DNA from: Thermoproteota archaeon
GTDB lineage: Archaea; Korarchaeota; Korarchaeia; Korarchaeales; JAOZGB01
Direction: 5' to 3'
NCBI GenBank assembly: GCA_037917685.1
Contig: JAVCBU010000006.1
Location: 160,001 to 224,000 of the forward strand
Length of the DNA stretch: 64,000 bases
Part shown: one piece after another, positions 19,207 to 28,995 of the stretch
How positions within the stretch are numbered: the first letter of the stretch is position 1
Layout of the letters: every line of letters starts with the position of its first letter
Notes under the pieces: model-generated
Seen by the model: the letters and a program-made list of their open reading frames with translations, nothing else
The model's database searches: none
What the model was told of the DNA's origin: nothing
Position numbers and translations under genes: made by a program

Positions 19207-19278
19207 GGGCCGATGGTCTAGCGGTATGACGCCGCCCTCACGAGGCGGAGGTCGAGGGTTCAACTCCCTCTCGGCCCA
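19207..19278 (+). tRNA. tRNA-Val(CAC)
   Basis: Cloverleaf GGGCCGA/TCGGCCC, CT-CAC-GA. Confidence 0.95.
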
Positions 19279-19907
19279 CTCCCCAACACTATTTCCAACA
19301 CGTATTCTCTAATGCCTTCGCCCCTATATTCTATAAATGATTCTATTTTATCGGGGTCTACGATCTCATAATCTATTAAACCTTGTTCGTGTGGAATCCC
19401 ATCTAAGATAAGACCTGAAACCCTTATGTCATCTGGATATAAGACTATGACAGTGTATAACTTCTTTTCTTTAAACAATGCTATCGACTGTATATTACCA
19501 GAAAGCCCTCGAATAATAAAATTTGTAAACCTCTGAGATAAGTCTGTTATAAGTGAATCTATATTTTTAATCCATGCAACTCTTATTCCTGGCCGTTTAC
19601 TCCTCAAGACCTTACTTAGGATCTCTTTAACATTGTCTAAAACCTGGTCTACCGATGATTCCACTTTAAAAGCTATCTTTTCATCTTTCAACCCTAAAAC
19701 CAGATTTAAAGCAGTCATCCCTTGATATGTTCTTCCTGCTGATGTGTATGAAGCTGTTACCGGGTAGCCGTCGACTAAATATATTTTGCCTATTCCTTCT
19801 TTACCTACAACATTTACAATACCTGTTAGTCTGGAACCCCATACCGTTGTTTCCAGCATTGATAAGAATTGCCTAGAGGCTACCTTACCCTCAAGTTCTA
19901 TGCTCAA
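19260..19907 (-). CDS. Hypothetical protein (DUF2226/PATAN-like beta-rich domain), downstream of MinD
   Basis: LTGIVNV...GKIYLVDGYPVTASY...GMTAL pattern. Confidence 0.6.
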   Translation of the reverse strand: MSIELEGKVASRQFLSMLETTVWGSRLTGIVNVVGKEGIGKIYLVDGYPVTASYTSAGRTYQGMTALNLVLGLKDEKIAFKVESSVDQVLDNVKEILSKVLRSKRPGIRVAWIKNIDSLITDLSQRFTNFIIRGLSGNIQSIALFKEKKLYTVIVLYPDDIRVSGLILDGIPHEQGLIDYEIVDPDKIESFIEYRGEGIREYVLEIVLGSGPRGS

Positions 19908-19912
19908 GTCCT

Positions 19913-20662
19913 TTACCCAAAGAATGATAGTAGTCCTCTCTTTGGAGGTTTGATGTTTAATCCTGCTATGATGGACGCTATCTTATAGAATTCCCTAACT
20001 GCTTTGTTCGCAGAGTTGCCAGCTACTATTTCCAATTTTATCGAGCTAAGTTTAACCTTCTTGTCATGCGGAATAAGCCCTATACACTTAACGCCTAATA
20101 GTTTCTCGAATTTTGGAACTGCCTCTTTAAACATGCTTATCTTACCCTCTACGTCGTTTAGTATGAAGCCTTCCGGTTTTGCTCCTATCTTGTCCCCTAT
20201 TAGTTTAAGCTTAAGCGCTGCATCAATACTCCAGGGGGTGGGTTGTGCTACTATTACGTAATTTCCTGTAACAGCCATCAGATTAACAATGGTTTCACCA
20301 AGCCCGGCTGGCGCATCTATAAGAACATAGTCGTAGTCGTTCAGTGAATTTAACATGCCTTTAAGTCTGTTAAAGCCCCTCACCTCAGATACCTTAATCC
20401 TATCCTTGCTTGGAATAATGAATAGATTTTCTATTCTTGTAGGGTAAACTATGTCATTCAAGTCCACGTAGTTGGACTTAAGTAGGTCTACCAAATCAAC
20501 TCTAGCATTTATTTTGAAAAGCCTTGTAAGACATGAGAGGCCGTGGTCGGCATCCACTAAAATAGTCTTAAACCCACTTTTAGAAAGTATATAACCTATA
20601 TTTCCCACTATAGTTGTTTTACCAGTTCCTCCCTTACCTGAGACCCAGCTTATTGCTTTCAT
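19913..20662 (-). CDS. minD: MinD/ParA family ATPase with C-terminal amphipathic helix
   Basis: SGKGGTGKTT, IDAPAG, C-terminal KRGLLSFFG. Confidence 0.88.
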   Translation of the reverse strand: MKAISWVSGKGGTGKTTIVGNIGYILSKSGFKTILVDADHGLSCLTRLFKINARVDLVDLLKSNYVDLNDIVYPTRIENLFIIPSKDRIKVSEVRGFNRLKGMLNSLNDYDYVLIDAPAGLGETIVNLMAVTGNYVIVAQPTPWSIDAALKLKLIGDKIGAKPEGFILNDVEGKISMFKEAVPKFEKLLGVKCIGLIPHDKKVKLSSIKLEIVAGNSANKAVREFYKIASIIAGLNIKPPKRGLLSFFG

Positions 20663-20832
20663 CAGATCTCCTCGAGCTGTCTTCTCAGCTCCATTTTGAC
20701 AGACTGAAGATTTTTGACCATCATTTCAAGGTCTTTTTGGCTTAGCCTAGGCTTGTGCTTAAGTGTTAGCCTAATTCTATCGGTTGCGAGAACCCCGGCT
20801 AATACCCACCCGGATACCGAAACAATATCCAT
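20662..20832 (-). CDS. 56-aa protein, hydrophobic N-terminus plus coiled coil (not in ORF track)
   Basis: MDIVSVSGWVLAGVLAT...ELRRQLEEI; TGATG overlap with the minD start. Confidence 0.65.
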   Translation of the reverse strand: MDIVSVSGWVLAGVLATDRIRLTLKHKPRLSQKDLEMMVKNLQSVKMELRRQLEEI

Positions 20833-20889
20833 ACTCACTCAACATTTACCATCTCGTGAGTTATTTATTAATGTTGCTTTTGTCTCTAT

Positions 20890-22134
20890 CTACGGCAAAG
20901 TTATCTTTCCCTCCACAACTCCTGTTTTTTGTCTTTCAGCACGGGTTAATGCAAATACATCCCTTAAGATCTTCTCCTCTATGGCTGATGCTTCAACATT
21001 TCTCCTTCTACACATCCTTCTATAGGTAAGTATGGCGCTTTCGAGGTTAAGTTCAATGTTTCTTCCACCTATTCCTTCTAAAAAGATTGTGAATGACGGA
21101 ACGTTTTTTGTTACAACTCCATGGATATGTGATGCTGTGCCTATAGAAACTCCAGAGTATATTAAACACCCGATTGATGTCTTACAGTGGTCTCCGATGC
21201 ATGCCCCCAGCTTTATTAAGTTAGTCTCTATTCTTTCAGAACCCAAATAAACCCTAATAGTGCCGTATGTATTCTTTAAATCCGAAGTTGTTGTACCAGC
21301 ACCAATATTAACCCATGAACCAACATAGCTATGGCCTAAAAAACCATAATGATATTTGTTAGTATAAGCTTCCATAATTGAGCAATCAACCTCCCCTCCA
21401 ACTCTACATGTATCACCTATGTAGCATGTGGACAAATGGGCTGACGGCATAATATATGTGTTATTTCCGATGTATGCAGGACCCTCGATCGTTGTGCCAT
21501 GCCCTAGCTTTACACCACGTCCTATGAAAACAGGGCCATTTGTGCAGTCAATAAATATATGACCATAAAACTTTACGTCTTTATCTACATGTAAGCCCCC
21601 TGTTCCTTCAACGATTACGTTTGCATCTTTAAATTCGGTCTGCTCGCATTCAACAGTCTCTTTAAGTGCATTCTCAAAGACGGCTATTAGATCCCAGTGA
21701 TATTTAAGCTCTTTCATGTTTGCATTGGGTTTCTGTTCCAAGGGCTTAAACATATTTTTCCTTATTACAGATAGCTCTTCCTTGCTATTTGGCCTGAAAG
21801 CATAAATCGTATCCTCTGTTTGGAGGAACTCTCCAGGTTTCAGATCTAAAATCTGGTGCATGTCCCTTTCAGAGGGGATTACTCTGCAATTTACAAATAA
21901 GTATCCTGTTACATCATCTAGAATGTCCTTGTTAACTTGAATTCTAGGGTATAGCCATGCTGTCTTCCTGGCAACCAATTCTCTACAGAAAGCCAGCTCC
22001 GGCTTCATTCCTAAGGCCTCTGTGATGTATTGGAGCAGTGTTTTTGCACCATATCTAAGCTGAAAAGTAGGCCTTGTATACGTTAATGGTAGAAAATATC
22101 TATACCTATAATCTTCGAAAATACATAGCTTCAC
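20890..22134 (-). CDS. GlmU-like sugar nucleotidyltransferase/acyltransferase
   Basis: PLTYTRP N-terminus; hexapeptide repeats, HYGFLGHSYVGSWVNIGAGT. Confidence 0.85.
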   Translation of the reverse strand: MKLCIFEDYRYRYFLPLTYTRPTFQLRYGAKTLLQYITEALGMKPELAFCRELVARKTAWLYPRIQVNKDILDDVTGYLFVNCRVIPSERDMHQILDLKPGEFLQTEDTIYAFRPNSKEELSVIRKNMFKPLEQKPNANMKELKYHWDLIAVFENALKETVECEQTEFKDANVIVEGTGGLHVDKDVKFYGHIFIDCTNGPVFIGRGVKLGHGTTIEGPAYIGNNTYIMPSAHLSTCYIGDTCRVGGEVDCSIMEAYTNKYHYGFLGHSYVGSWVNIGAGTTTSDLKNTYGTIRVYLGSERIETNLIKLGACIGDHCKTSIGCLIYSGVSIGTASHIHGVVTKNVPSFTIFLEGIGGRNIELNLESAILTYRRMCRRRNVEASAIEEKILRDVFALTRAERQKTGVVEGKITLP

Positions 22135-22182
22135 AGCAAACTCAAATATTAGCCCACACTATAAATATATCGTAGCATTGCG

Positions 22183-23448
22183 GTGTCAAACTTGGAAGAA
22201 GACTCATATAATCGTTATATATTCAAAAAGAAACTATCAATCCTCAGGAGTAAGGAGGGAAGAGGGACAGAACTTATAAGTCTCTATATCCCTCCAAACA
22301 GGAACATTTTCGAAGTAACACGATATCTTAGAAAAGAATACGATCAAGCAGGGAACATAAAAGATAAATCTACCAGAAAAAACGTTCAGGCAGCTCTAGA
22401 GTCGCTCCTTCAACGGTTAAAATTATATAAAGTCCCACCGGAAAATGGAATAGCATTATTTTGCGGCGCGATCCCTAGAAATAAGATTCGAGGCACCGAA
22501 AAAATCGAATTATATGAGGTAATCCCTCCCGAGCCTATAAGGTCATTCATATACAGATGTGACCAAAAGTTTTATCTCGAACCTCTCATGGGGATGACTA
22601 AAGAAAAAGAGTCGTATGGACTAATAGTCATGGATAGAGGCGGAGGAAATATTGCTTTGATTAAAGGCTCCAATTATAAGATACTCGATAAGATAACATC
22701 ACTAGTGCCACCTAAACATAGTGCGGGAGGACAATCTCAGAGGAGGTTTGAAAGGTTACGAGAGGTATCTGTAATCCAATTTTACAAAAAACTTGGTGAG
22801 CATGTGAATAAGGCATTCCTACCCCTACAAGATTTAAAAGGAATAATAGTCGGAGGCCCCGGAGATGCTAAAAGGGAATTTATAGAAGGAGATTACATGC
22901 ACTATAGCTTGAAAAAGAAGGTAATAGCATTAGTAAATCTATCCTACACCGGAGAATCCGGTGTAAGGGAACTCGTTTGGAAAGCATCTAGCATAATATC
23001 CGATACTATTCTTGCAAGAGAGAAGCAAGTTGTCGAAAATTTCCTGAAAGCCATAATTAACGATCCTGACGCCGTTGTTTACGGCAGGGAAAGCGTGGAA
23101 AACACTCTAAAAATGGGGGCCGTAGACAAAGTCCTAATACTTGACAACCTTAACCTTTACCTCATAGGTAGAAAATGCTTAAACTGCGGTTATAGCCAAA
23201 CAGAATGGGTAAAAGCGGTGGACATAGAGCTGCTTATTGAGAAGTTATCGTCGGAACCCTGCCCCAAATGTGGTAGTACAACATTTGAGATAAGCGATCC
23301 CAAGGACATCGTCGAATATATGGGGGAGTTAGCAGAAAACTACAATACGAAAATCGAAGTAATAACGTCAGGAACAGAATGGGGAAAGCAGGTCGAAGCC
23401 TTTGGTGGTATAGTTGGACTGCTAAGATATAAAGTTGAAGAACTATAG
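22183..23448 (+). CDS. prf1: Peptide chain release factor aRF1
   Basis: GTELISLYIP, NIKD, YRCD, GGQS. Confidence 0.96.
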   Translation: MSNLEEDSYNRYIFKKKLSILRSKEGRGTELISLYIPPNRNIFEVTRYLRKEYDQAGNIKDKSTRKNVQAALESLLQRLKLYKVPPENGIALFCGAIPRNKIRGTEKIELYEVIPPEPIRSFIYRCDQKFYLEPLMGMTKEKESYGLIVMDRGGGNIALIKGSNYKILDKITSLVPPKHSAGGQSQRRFERLREVSVIQFYKKLGEHVNKAFLPLQDLKGIIVGGPGDAKREFIEGDYMHYSLKKKVIALVNLSYTGESGVRELVWKASSIISDTILAREKQVVENFLKAIINDPDAVVYGRESVENTLKMGAVDKVLILDNLNLYLIGRKCLNCGYSQTEWVKAVDIELLIEKLSSEPCPKCGSTTFEISDPKDIVEYMGELAENYNTKIEVITSGTEWGKQVEAFGGIVGLLRYKVEEL

Positions 23449-23492
23449 TCATGCCAAAATTTTAATTAGCATTATTCACCCTACATATTAAT

Positions 23493-23566
23493 GGGCCGGT
23501 AGCGCAGCCTGGGAGCGCGCCGCCTTCGCAAGGCGGAGGTCGAGGGTTCGAATCCCTCTCGGTCCA
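23493..23566 (+). tRNA. tRNA-Ala(CGC)
   Basis: Cloverleaf, G3:U70, TT-CGC-AA. Confidence 0.95.
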
Positions 23567-23569
23567 CAT

Positions 23570-23656
23570 GGGCCCGTAGCTTAGCCTGGTTGGAGCGCTC
23601 GACCCTGAGCGAAGCTGATAACCGAGAGGTCGTGGGTTCGAATCCCACCGGGCCCA
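23570..23656 (+). tRNA. tRNA-Ile(GAT) with 12-nt intron at 30/31 (23602-23613)
   Basis: Removing ACCCTGAGCGAA restores the CTCGG/CCGAG stem; helix CGCT/AGCG. Confidence 0.92.
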
Positions 23657-23694
23657 CTCATCGATGCTCTCCCATTTCACATGGTGGAGTTACA

Positions 23695-24090
23695 ATGAAG
23701 TTGCTTATCGATAGTAGCTTTATGATTATGGTATTTCAAAGAACAGGACTCTCAATAGATAAGATTATGCAAGCTGCTCAAGCATCCGAAATATTAACAC
23801 TTAGCATTTGTGTAAACGAGCTTAAATCTATTGCACACCGTAAGAAGGGATTTAAATCTAAATTGGTCGAAAATGTGTTGGAATCTCTAGATAATTTAGG
23901 CATTAAAGTTTTAAGATACTGCGGGGTAGAGAGCAAAGCAGACATGGCAATAATAGATTTTGCGAAGAAAAATAGAAATATCATTGTAGGAACATGCGAC
24001 CACGAGTTAGTGGTAAAATTAAGACAAGCGTCCATTCCAGTAGTCTATATAGGTTCTGACGGCCGGCTCATTGTTGAAGGCATTGGGTAG
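23695..24090 (+). CDS. PIN domain protein (Fcf1/Utp24-like)
   Basis: LLIDSSF, ADMAI, GTCDHEL; upstream of rpoE'. Confidence 0.82.
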   Translation: MKLLIDSSFMIMVFQRTGLSIDKIMQAAQASEILTLSICVNELKSIAHRKKGFKSKLVENVLESLDNLGIKVLRYCGVESKADMAIIDFAKKNRNIIVGTCDHELVVKLRQASIPVVYIGSDGRLIVEGIG

Positions 24091-24100
24091 GTGTTATAAA

Positions 24101-24682
24101 ATGTTTCATAGAGTTAGATTGAGAGATGTTTCTGTTGTACTTCCACACAAAATTTCAGATAACTTAGCCGAAGTAATACTTGAAGACCTCAGATCGAGGT
24201 TTATAGATACCTACATACCTGACGTGGGCTTGGTATTGGAAATACTAAATGTGAAAAGCCAGGGAATAGCGAAGATCCCACCAACATCCTCAAGTCTACA
24301 TATAGAAGTAGAATTTGACGTCTTAGCATATATTCCTAGGGTGCAGGAGATAGTGGAAGGCCCGATCACTCATGTTGAAAGCTTCGGGGTCTTTGTGAGA
24401 GTTGGACCTTTTGATGGAATGGTTCACATTTCTCAGCTGGCGGATGATTATTTTTCATATAGTGATGGCATGCTAACCGGTAGAAAAACCGGTATAACTT
24501 TCCGTAGAAATGACCTAATAAGGGCTAGGGTTATATCGGTAAGTAAACCCCAGAAAATCTTTCCAGAGAAGGTTGGTGAAATAACCGAGGAGGAGGAAAG
24601 AGCTTTTATGAAGATAATACTGACTTGTAGACAGCCGGGCCTTGGAAGGATTAAGGAGGAGACTGAAGGTGAAGGCGTGTAG
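24101..24682 (+). CDS. rpoE1: RNA polymerase subunit E' (Rpo7)
   Basis: S1 domain FGVFVRVGPFDGMVHISQ, CRQPGLG. Confidence 0.95.
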   Translation: MFHRVRLRDVSVVLPHKISDNLAEVILEDLRSRFIDTYIPDVGLVLEILNVKSQGIAKIPPTSSSLHIEVEFDVLAYIPRVQEIVEGPITHVESFGVFVRVGPFDGMVHISQLADDYFSYSDGMLTGRKTGITFRRNDLIRARVISVSKPQKIFPEKVGEITEEEERAFMKIILTCRQPGLGRIKEETEGEGV

Positions 24683-24848
24683 AAAATGTAAAACCTTGAC
24701 TTTCGACGATACATGCCCTAAATGCGGGTCTAAAGAGCTTACTCCGAACTGGAGAGGGATAATAATAATTCTTAATCCTAAAGAGTCGAGGGCTGCAAAG
24801 CTGTTTAATATTGACGATGAAGGAGTCTATGCACTCCAAGTTAGATAA
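24669..24848 (+). CDS. spt4: Transcription elongation factor Spt4 (RpoE'')
   Basis: KACRKC...CPKCGS...WRGIIII. Confidence 0.93.
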   Translation: MKACRKCKTLTFDDTCPKCGSKELTPNWRGIIIILNPKESRAAKLFNIDDEGVYALQVR

Positions 24849-24880
24849 ATTTTAAGTCTAATGGAGGTGAATAAAGGCTG

Positions 24881-25174
24881 ATGGAGTTGGAACTAGTTAA
24901 AAGTGAAAGACAAGATCTACTGCATAGAACACAATACATTATACTTCTAAAAAATGCTGAATCTCCATTAAAGAGGATTGACGCCAAAAGGATGATTGTA
25001 GGACACCTAAAGGCTGATCCATCTAAAACGTTAATAGGGAAGATGAGGTACATCCCTGGTACACGTGATATTGAGGTGAAGGCAAGAGTGTATGATAGTT
25101 TAGAGTACGCTAAAAGAATAGAGCCCAAACATATAATTAAAAGAAATATAACAGCAGAGCAGGAAGGTGAATGA
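24881..25174 (+). CDS. rps24e: Ribosomal protein eS24
   Basis: LLHR, ARVYDS...EPKHIIKRN; context. Confidence 0.9.
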   Translation: MELELVKSERQDLLHRTQYIILLKNAESPLKRIDAKRMIVGHLKADPSKTLIGKMRYIPGTRDIEVKARVYDSLEYAKRIEPKHIIKRNITAEQEGE

Positions 25175-25175
25175 T

Positions 25176-25337
25176 ATGAGTAAAGCGATCGCTAAATATT
25201 ACAAGATCGAAGGCGAAAAACTAATAAGACTGAAAAGACAATGTCCTAGATGCGGAAGATTCATGGCTGAGCACAGTAACAGATGGACATGTGGATATTG
25301 TGGCTTCACAATATTTAAGAAGGAGGAGGGCCCGTAG
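25176..25337 (+). CDS. rps27ae: Ribosomal protein eS31 (S27ae) (not in ORF track); stop codon lies inside tRNA-Arg
   Basis: YYKIEG...CPRCG.FMAEH..RWTCGYCG. Confidence 0.93.
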   Translation: MSKAIAKYYKIEGEKLIRLKRQCPRCGRFMAEHSNRWTCGYCGFTIFKKEEGP

Positions 25338-25403
25338 CTCAGCTAGGATTAGAGCGCTGGCCTCCTAAGCCAGTTGTCGCGGGTTCGAGTCCCGCCGGGC
25401 CCG
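25328..25403 (+). tRNA. tRNA-Arg(CCT)
   Basis: Cloverleaf GGGCCCG/CGGGCCC, CT-CCT-AA. Confidence 0.95.
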
Positions 25404-25409
25404 CTTCCT

Positions 25410-25961
25410 CTACAACCTTGAAATAGCGATCTTTTCAAGAATTATTTTCTCCGCTTCTGCGGGATACTCCTCCAACCTTACTCCAAATACCTTCTCCTGA
25501 TATCTTAACTTTTCTTTCCCGCTTTCTTCTACAAATTCGGGACGGATTGACCCCTGTAGTGTTTCAACAATCCCGTTTAATGCTAAATAAGCAGAATCTT
25601 CGTCTACGGATAGTATCACTACGCAAAGATTATAAGATCTCTCTGAAAGAACCTTTTTTAAAGCATCAGATATCTGTGTTGTTGCTAGGAGATAAAGGCT
25701 GATCTCAACCTTTAAATCTCTTCCACTATCCATGGCTGCTCGTGCAGCATGCTCAACCGCCGATATTACATGTAAAGGAGAGAAGATCAACCTACTATTC
25801 ACAAACAAGCAGCAAACATTATATTTTCCATCGATCTTCATGGATAACTCGATCAATTCCCTTCTAGAGTAAGGTTTTTCGATGTGTACTCCATTGATGA
25901 GGATAAACTTGTACCTTGTGTACTTGCTTAACGCCTTTGACCTGTAGATCACCTCTAACAC
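25410..25961 (-). CDS. cgi121: KEOPS subunit Cgi121
   Basis: HVISAVEHAARA, EISLYLLATTQISDAL, ILEKIA. Confidence 0.85.
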   Translation of the reverse strand: MLEVIYRSKALSKYTRYKFILINGVHIEKPYSRRELIELSMKIDGKYNVCCLFVNSRLIFSPLHVISAVEHAARAAMDSGRDLKVEISLYLLATTQISDALKKVLSERSYNLCVVILSVDEDSAYLALNGIVETLQGSIRPEFVEESGKEKLRYQEKVFGVRLEEYPAEAEKIILEKIAISRL

Positions 25962-26012
25962 CCGTGTTAACCGGTATAATTTATAGTTAGCCTTCGCCTT
26001 AAATACTATTGT

Positions 26013-28058
26013 ATGATTGAACTACCGAAGAAATTGTTTCCTCTCCTACTTGCAGTAGTCATGATGACAACAGCAACCTCGAGTTACACGACGGGTCAGC
26101 TAAACTCTAATGTTATCTTCGTTGCTAGTAATCTCACAGATTATTTTCTATTATCTCCCTTAACCTCCTATACAAATCCCATGAGACTTCTAGTCCTCTC
26201 TAACGGCGGAGATGAGATACGTAATCTTCCAGTTTCATCTATGTTTAGAATTCTATACTTTACCAGGAATCTTACTGTTGATAGCTTACTTGATATAGCC
26301 TTAGAATACAAAATACCCTTCAACTCTGCGATAATAGGTCAAGACCTCCTCTCTCCTGATGTAATGCCATACATCTGCTACCTTGCAACTTTAACAAGAA
26401 GCATAATAGTTCCAAACGCCAGTTACAAGATTCTCTCCAAGCTATCTTCACTAGGGGTGAACAAACTTATAATCTACGGTCAATCCCCCATAGAAGCAGC
26501 TGGATCAATATTAAAATTGAAGACAGTTAAGGACGTTCTAAACTATGCATACACCCAAGCTTGGATGAAGAATTATCTTATAATGGCCCTAACAAACGAT
26601 ACTTCTTACATGCTTATCGCAGCTCATTACGCAGGGATTCGAGGGGGAATCCTCGCCTCCTATGATCCCGAAGCTATCCACACATTTAAACCTGAATGGC
26701 TTGCCGTAGTATCACCACCAATAACACGTGAAAAATATCCGCTACTAACATACCTGTATAACTGCTCTACGAGCATAGATGGGGATAAATACATTGATGT
26801 TAAAATAGGACTGCTAACATCCACTAACATTTACTCAACCTCAAGACTCATAACTGTATCTCTGGCTTTCCCCGAGTTACAAGGAAGCTGGGATAATAGG
26901 GGCGTAGTGATAAGCATGGAATCTGGATCTGCACTTGCATGGAAGATTGCCCGTGAGATGAGAAGAGCAGGCTTAGAAACATTTTATTTAAGTGACAGCG
27001 AAGAAGCCAGAAACCTTTCATTCCAGACATTTCTGAATACACTAATACAAGGTGGACTTCTGACATACATAAACCTACACGGCAACATTTACGCCCTCTC
27101 TCCCCAGCAGTATGGAAACCCCATATTGGATTTTACAGACATCCCGCACATGCCCCCAACCATTATACTGACACTTTCATGTGAAACCTGTGCCTTTTCA
27201 CAGTTAAACAATCCGAATGAAAGCATAGCATACAAGTTCATAGATAACGGCGCTGTATCCTACATTGGATCTACAAGCTTAGAATATGGAGGAGAAGAAT
27301 ATGGAAGCACCTATCCAGAACACATGGTTCATATGCTCCTTATTCAAGGGTTACCCATCGGCGAAGTAGTTAGGATAATAAACAATATTAAAATAGCTCA
27401 AGGCAGGCGAGCCCCCAAACTAATCCTAATAGGTGACCCACTATTAACCATAAAGAGCAAGAAAAGGCTACCATGTATGGTTGAAACCATAAGCTACGGA
27501 CATAAATATAGGATTACAATAAAATCTGATACAGCATCCGTATACATAGCAGTACCTGTGCCAAGCCTGGACTCTCAAATAGTAATAGGCAACGAATCAA
27601 GACTTCACCTTTCAACAGTTTCGTATATAGAACTTGAGGCAAATAAACCAATATTACATCTACTGTTAACCAGAGAGCTTGCAAGCTGGGGAATAGGAGA
27701 TTTAAAGCCGGGAGAACAATTCACAGTTGAAACTATAAATCCGAACAGGTATAGAATAATAACGGCATTCATATCAGTTCTGACAGTTTCCATTACATTG
27801 TCAGCTCTATTCTTAAAGTTTAGACAGGGAAAACAAATAATACAAGCTGAACCATCAACGTTACCAAAAGTTGAAAACATCGACGAGCTTAGATCAAAGG
27901 TCATAAGCTGGATTAAGAACCATCAAATGTATTTTAAAACAAGGCAACCACCAGAGGAGGAATTAGTGAAATACCTCGAAGAGTACTTCAACGTAAAAAT
28001 CCAGAAAGATGAGTTAAACAAATATATACTAAAATTTGCTATAGAGCATTCCATATAG
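26013..28058 (+). CDS. Secreted/membrane-anchored C25 (gingipain-like) cysteine peptidase
   Basis: Signal peptide, NLHGN and LSCET dyad, GAVSYIG, LIGDP, C-terminal TM. Confidence 0.72.
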   Translation: MIELPKKLFPLLLAVVMMTTATSSYTTGQLNSNVIFVASNLTDYFLLSPLTSYTNPMRLLVLSNGGDEIRNLPVSSMFRILYFTRNLTVDSLLDIALEYKIPFNSAIIGQDLLSPDVMPYICYLATLTRSIIVPNASYKILSKLSSLGVNKLIIYGQSPIEAAGSILKLKTVKDVLNYAYTQAWMKNYLIMALTNDTSYMLIAAHYAGIRGGILASYDPEAIHTFKPEWLAVVSPPITREKYPLLTYLYNCSTSIDGDKYIDVKIGLLTSTNIYSTSRLITVSLAFPELQGSWDNRGVVISMESGSALAWKIAREMRRAGLETFYLSDSEEARNLSFQTFLNTLIQGGLLTYINLHGNIYALSPQQYGNPILDFTDIPHMPPTIILTLSCETCAFSQLNNPNESIAYKFIDNGAVSYIGSTSLEYGGEEYGSTYPEHMVHMLLIQGLPIGEVVRIINNIKIAQGRRAPKLILIGDPLLTIKSKKRLPCMVETISYGHKYRITIKSDTASVYIAVPVPSLDSQIVIGNESRLHLSTVSYIELEANKPILHLLLTRELASWGIGDLKPGEQFTVETINPNRYRIITAFISVLTVSITLSALFLKFRQGKQIIQAEPSTLPKVENIDELRSKVISWIKNHQMYFKTRQPPEEELVKYLEEYFNVKIQKDELNKYILKFAIEHSI

Positions 28059-28095
28059 AAATATTCAAAAAGTGCCAAACCTAACTATTAATGAA

Positions 28096-28181
28096 GCCCC
28101 GGTAGCACAGCCAGGTAGTGCGACGGCCCGGTAAACCCTCTAGAAAGCCGTAGGCCGCGGGTTCAAATCCCGCCCGGGGCT
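28096..28181 (+). tRNA. tRNA-Thr(GGT) with 12-nt intron at 37/38 (28134-28145); C at position 33
   Basis: Cloverleaf GCCCCGG/CCGGGGC, ACGGC/GCCGT stem. Confidence 0.88.
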
Positions 28182-28243
28182 CTCTTCTTTTCAGAGATAG
28201 AACTATAGTCAACTGAATGCTAATTGAAAGAAGTGTTAGAGGA

Positions 28244-28328
28244 AGCCCCGGGAGGGATTCGAACCCTCGACCAACAGCTTACAAGGTTCGACCTACATCT
28301 GTCGCTCTGCCAGCTGAGCTACCGGGGC
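28244..28328 (-). tRNA. tRNA-Thr(TGT) with 12-nt intron at 30/31 (28287-28298)
   Basis: Helix CGAC/GTCG; removal restores ACAGC/GCTGT. Confidence 0.92.
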
Positions 28329-28345
28329 TTCGCAGAGTGGTTTAG

Positions 28346-28419
28346 TGGGGACGAGGGGATTTGAACCCCTGACCTCCGGCTCCCAAGGCCGGCATCCCAC
28401 CAAGCTAGACCACGTCCCC
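28346..28419 (-). tRNA. tRNA-Pro(TGG)
   Basis: Cloverleaf GGGGACG/CGTCCCC, CT-TGG-GA. Confidence 0.95.
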
Positions 28420-28490
28420 ATAATACATAGTTTCAAAGTATTCTTAACTTTTGCAGTTACATTTTAAAACTTACCCTGGTACTATAAAGT

Positions 28491-28590
<100 letters not shown>

Positions 28591-28655
28591 TACTTCTCTG
28601 AAAATAAGTTTCCTTTATATGAATGTATCGCTTATCCGGAGTAAAGAAAGGGGGG

Positions 28656-28856
28656 TTATGTTCTTAGGGCAGCTCTTATATCCTCTTCTGTTACTGTCTT
28701 TCTTCCAGTGTGTCTGGCGAGTTCATTGGCTCGCTTCGCGATTCTCATACCTTCGTCTTCTATGAATTGAGCCAGTGCCTTGACTGCGCTCTCTGAAACT
28801 CTTCTTGCTCCAGCCTTTCTGAGTATTCTGTCAACGGGTGCTAGGGGTAGCTCCAT
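28656..28856 (-). CDS. Archaeal histone (HMf family)
   Basis: ELPLAPVDRILRKAGA.RVS...HTGRKTV..EDI. Confidence 0.95.
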   Translation of the reverse strand: MELPLAPVDRILRKAGARRVSESAVKALAQFIEDEGMRIAKRANELARHTGRKTVTEEDIRAALRT

Positions 28857-28995
28857 CAACCATGGGATGGACGGTTTACTATAAAATATTTTTGGGTTTT
28901 AGTCCTATTGCCCATGACTAATATGCTTCATCTACCATTCTCATGGAAACGTCAAACGGTTTAGGTTTACATTTATATACTTAAATTTTTTAAGA

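Noticed and set aside
23462-23694. ORF 23462-23680 and the N-terminal extension of the PIN ORF
   Set aside because: Translations of tRNA-Ala and tRNA-Ile sequence
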